Assembly: GCF_000195955.2 (NCBI RefSeq)
Contig: NC_000962.3
Location: forward strand, 570,001-602,000
Direction: 5' to 3'
From: Mycobacterium tuberculosis H37Rv
GTDB taxonomy: Bacteria; Actinomycetota; Actinomycetes; Mycobacteriales; Mycobacteriaceae
DNA length: 32,000 bases
Below the pieces are notes generated by a model. That model worked only from the letters and a program-made list of their open reading frames with translations. It did no database searches and was not told the DNA's origin. The first letter of the stretch is position 1; the number at the start of each line of letters is the position of its first letter. A program made the translations under genes and the position numbers. Positions 30,441-32,000 of the stretch are shown here, in pieces.

Positions 30441-31847
30441 GTGAGCGTGCTGCTCTTCGGGGTGTCGCATCGTAGCGCGCCGGTCGTCGTCCTTGAACAA
30501 CTCAGTATCGACGAATCCGATCAAGTCAAGATCATCGACCGAGTGCTGGCTTCGCCGCTGGTGACCGAGGCGATGGTGCTGTCGACTTGCAACCGCGTCG
30601 AGGTCTACGCCGTAGTGGACGCGTTCCATGGCGGCCTGTCGGTGATCGGGCAGGTGCTTGCCGAACACTCCGGTATGTCGATGGGGGAGCTGACCAAGTA
30701 CGCATATGTCCGCTACAGCGAGGCAGCAGTTGAGCACCTGTTCGCGGTTGCCAGCGGCCTGGACTCGGCGGTGATCGGCGAGCAGCAGGTGCTTGGTCAG
30801 GTGCGCCGCGCCTATGCCGTCGCCGAATCCAACCGCACGGTCGGCCGCGTGCTGCACGAATTGGCCCAGCGGGCGCTGTCGGTGGGCAAGCGAGTGCACT
30901 CCGAAACCGCCATTGACGCTGCCGGTGCCTCCGTGGTGTCGGTCGCCCTGGGAATGGCCGAGCGCAAATTGGGCTCGTTGGCGGGCACGACCGCGGTGGT
31001 GATCGGCGCCGGGGCGATGGGCGCGCTGTCGGCGGTACATCTGACCCGTGCCGGCGTCGGGCACATTCAGGTGCTCAACCGGTCGTTGTCCCGGGCGCAG
31101 CGGTTGGCCCGAAGGATCCGCGAATCTGGCGTGCCGGCCGAGGCGCTAGCGCTCGACCGCCTGGCTAATGTCCTGGCCGATGCCGACGTGGTGGTCAGCT
31201 GTACTGGGGCGGTGCGTCCGGTGGTGTCGCTGGCCGATGTGCATCATGCGCTGGCCGCCGCCCGCCGTGACGAGGCCACCCGTCCGTTGGTGATATGCGA
31301 CTTGGGCATGCCGCGTGACGTCGATCCTGCGGTGGCCAGATTACCGTGTGTGTGGGTCGTGGACGTGGATAGCGTGCAACATGAACCCTCGGCACATGCC
31401 GCGGCTGCCGACGTTGAGGCCGCCCGCCACATCGTCGCCGCCGAAGTTGCCAGCTATCTGGTGGGGCAGCGGATGGCCGAGGTCACCCCAACCGTGACGG
31501 CGTTGCGCCAGCGAGCCGCCGAAGTGGTCGAAGCGGAATTGCTGCGCCTGGACAACCGGCTGCCCGGCCTGCAGAGTGTCCAGCGCGAGGAGGTGGCCCG
31601 CACCGTACGGCGAGTCGTGGACAAGCTGTTGCACGCGCCTACCGTGCGGATCAAGCAGCTCGCCAGTGCGCCCGGCGGTGACAGCTACGCCGAGGCGCTG
31701 CGCGAACTCTTCGAGCTTGACCAGACCGCCGTCGATGCCGTCGCCACTGCAGGTGAATTACCGGTGGTGCCAAGCGGATTCGACGCTGAAAGTCGCCGCG
31801 GTGGAGGCGACATGCAAAGCAGCCCGAAGCGATCGCCGAGTAACTGA
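30441..31847 (+). CDS. hemA: Glutamyl-tRNA reductase
   Basis: 468 aa from GTG 30441; [47 protein letters not shown]. Confidence 0.96.
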
Positions 31848-31856
31848 TTGGCGCAC

Positions 31857-32000
31857 GTGATCCGGATAGGTACCCGGGGCAGCTTGCTGGCCACCACTCA
31901 GGCCGCCACTGTCAGAGACGCCCTCATCGCTGGTGGCCACTCCGCGGAGTTGGTGACCATCAGCACCGAGGGTGACCGATCCATGGCGCCGATCGCCAGT
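31857..32000 (+). CDS. hemC: Porphobilinogen deaminase, N-terminal fragment (runs off window)
   Basis: GTG at 31857: [48 protein letters not shown]. Confidence 0.93.
   Translation, partial: MIRIGTRGSLLATTQAATVRDALIAGGHSAELVTISTEGDRSMAPIAS

Noticed and set aside
30012-31064. 350-aa minus-strand ORF opposite Rv0508 and hemA
   Set aside because: hemA frame is unambiguous; the antisense frame has no recognisable domain.

Overview
This window is recognisable as a Mycobacterium tuberculosis-complex chromosome segment. From memory it corresponds to H37Rv roughly 570,001-602,000, i.e. the Rv0481c to hemC/Rv0510 neighbourhood; this is recall, not a database search. It is dense housekeeping and regulatory sequence: murB, lprQ (L,D-transpeptidase), an SDR enzyme, an ROK regulator, mshA, a YbjN-like gene, a LysE-type exporter, gpm1, senX3-regX3, a GMC oxidoreductase operon, a FadR/GntR regulator, ppx1, proC, an excisionase-like HTH gene, a 33-aa basic ribosomal-type protein, galE2, an acyltransferase, cmaA2, a MaoC/HadA-like gene, serB1, mmpS2-mmpL2, a glutaredoxin-like gene, hemA and the start of hemC. 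I saw no rRNA, tRNA, CRISPR array, prophage or intact insertion sequence. The strongest non-coding signals are three tandem-repeat loci. (i) A 58-bp array of about 3.6 copies sits at the 3' end of the YbjN-like gene (ETR-C class). (ii) Exactly three 77-bp MIRU copies lie between senX3 and regX3, each a complete 25-codon mini-ORF with overlapping stop/start signals, forming a possible reinitiation relay. (iii) A second 58-bp duplication lies in the opposite orientation between serB1 and Rv0504c and looks homologous to the first. Other observations are a compact divergent Rv0493c/Rv0494 control region with a perfect palindrome over a -10-like box, start-site corrections, a PHO-box-like direct repeat upstream of senX3, a palindrome upstream of mmpS2, and near-zero spacing at every convergent gene pair. 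I found no convincing new defence or mobile system.
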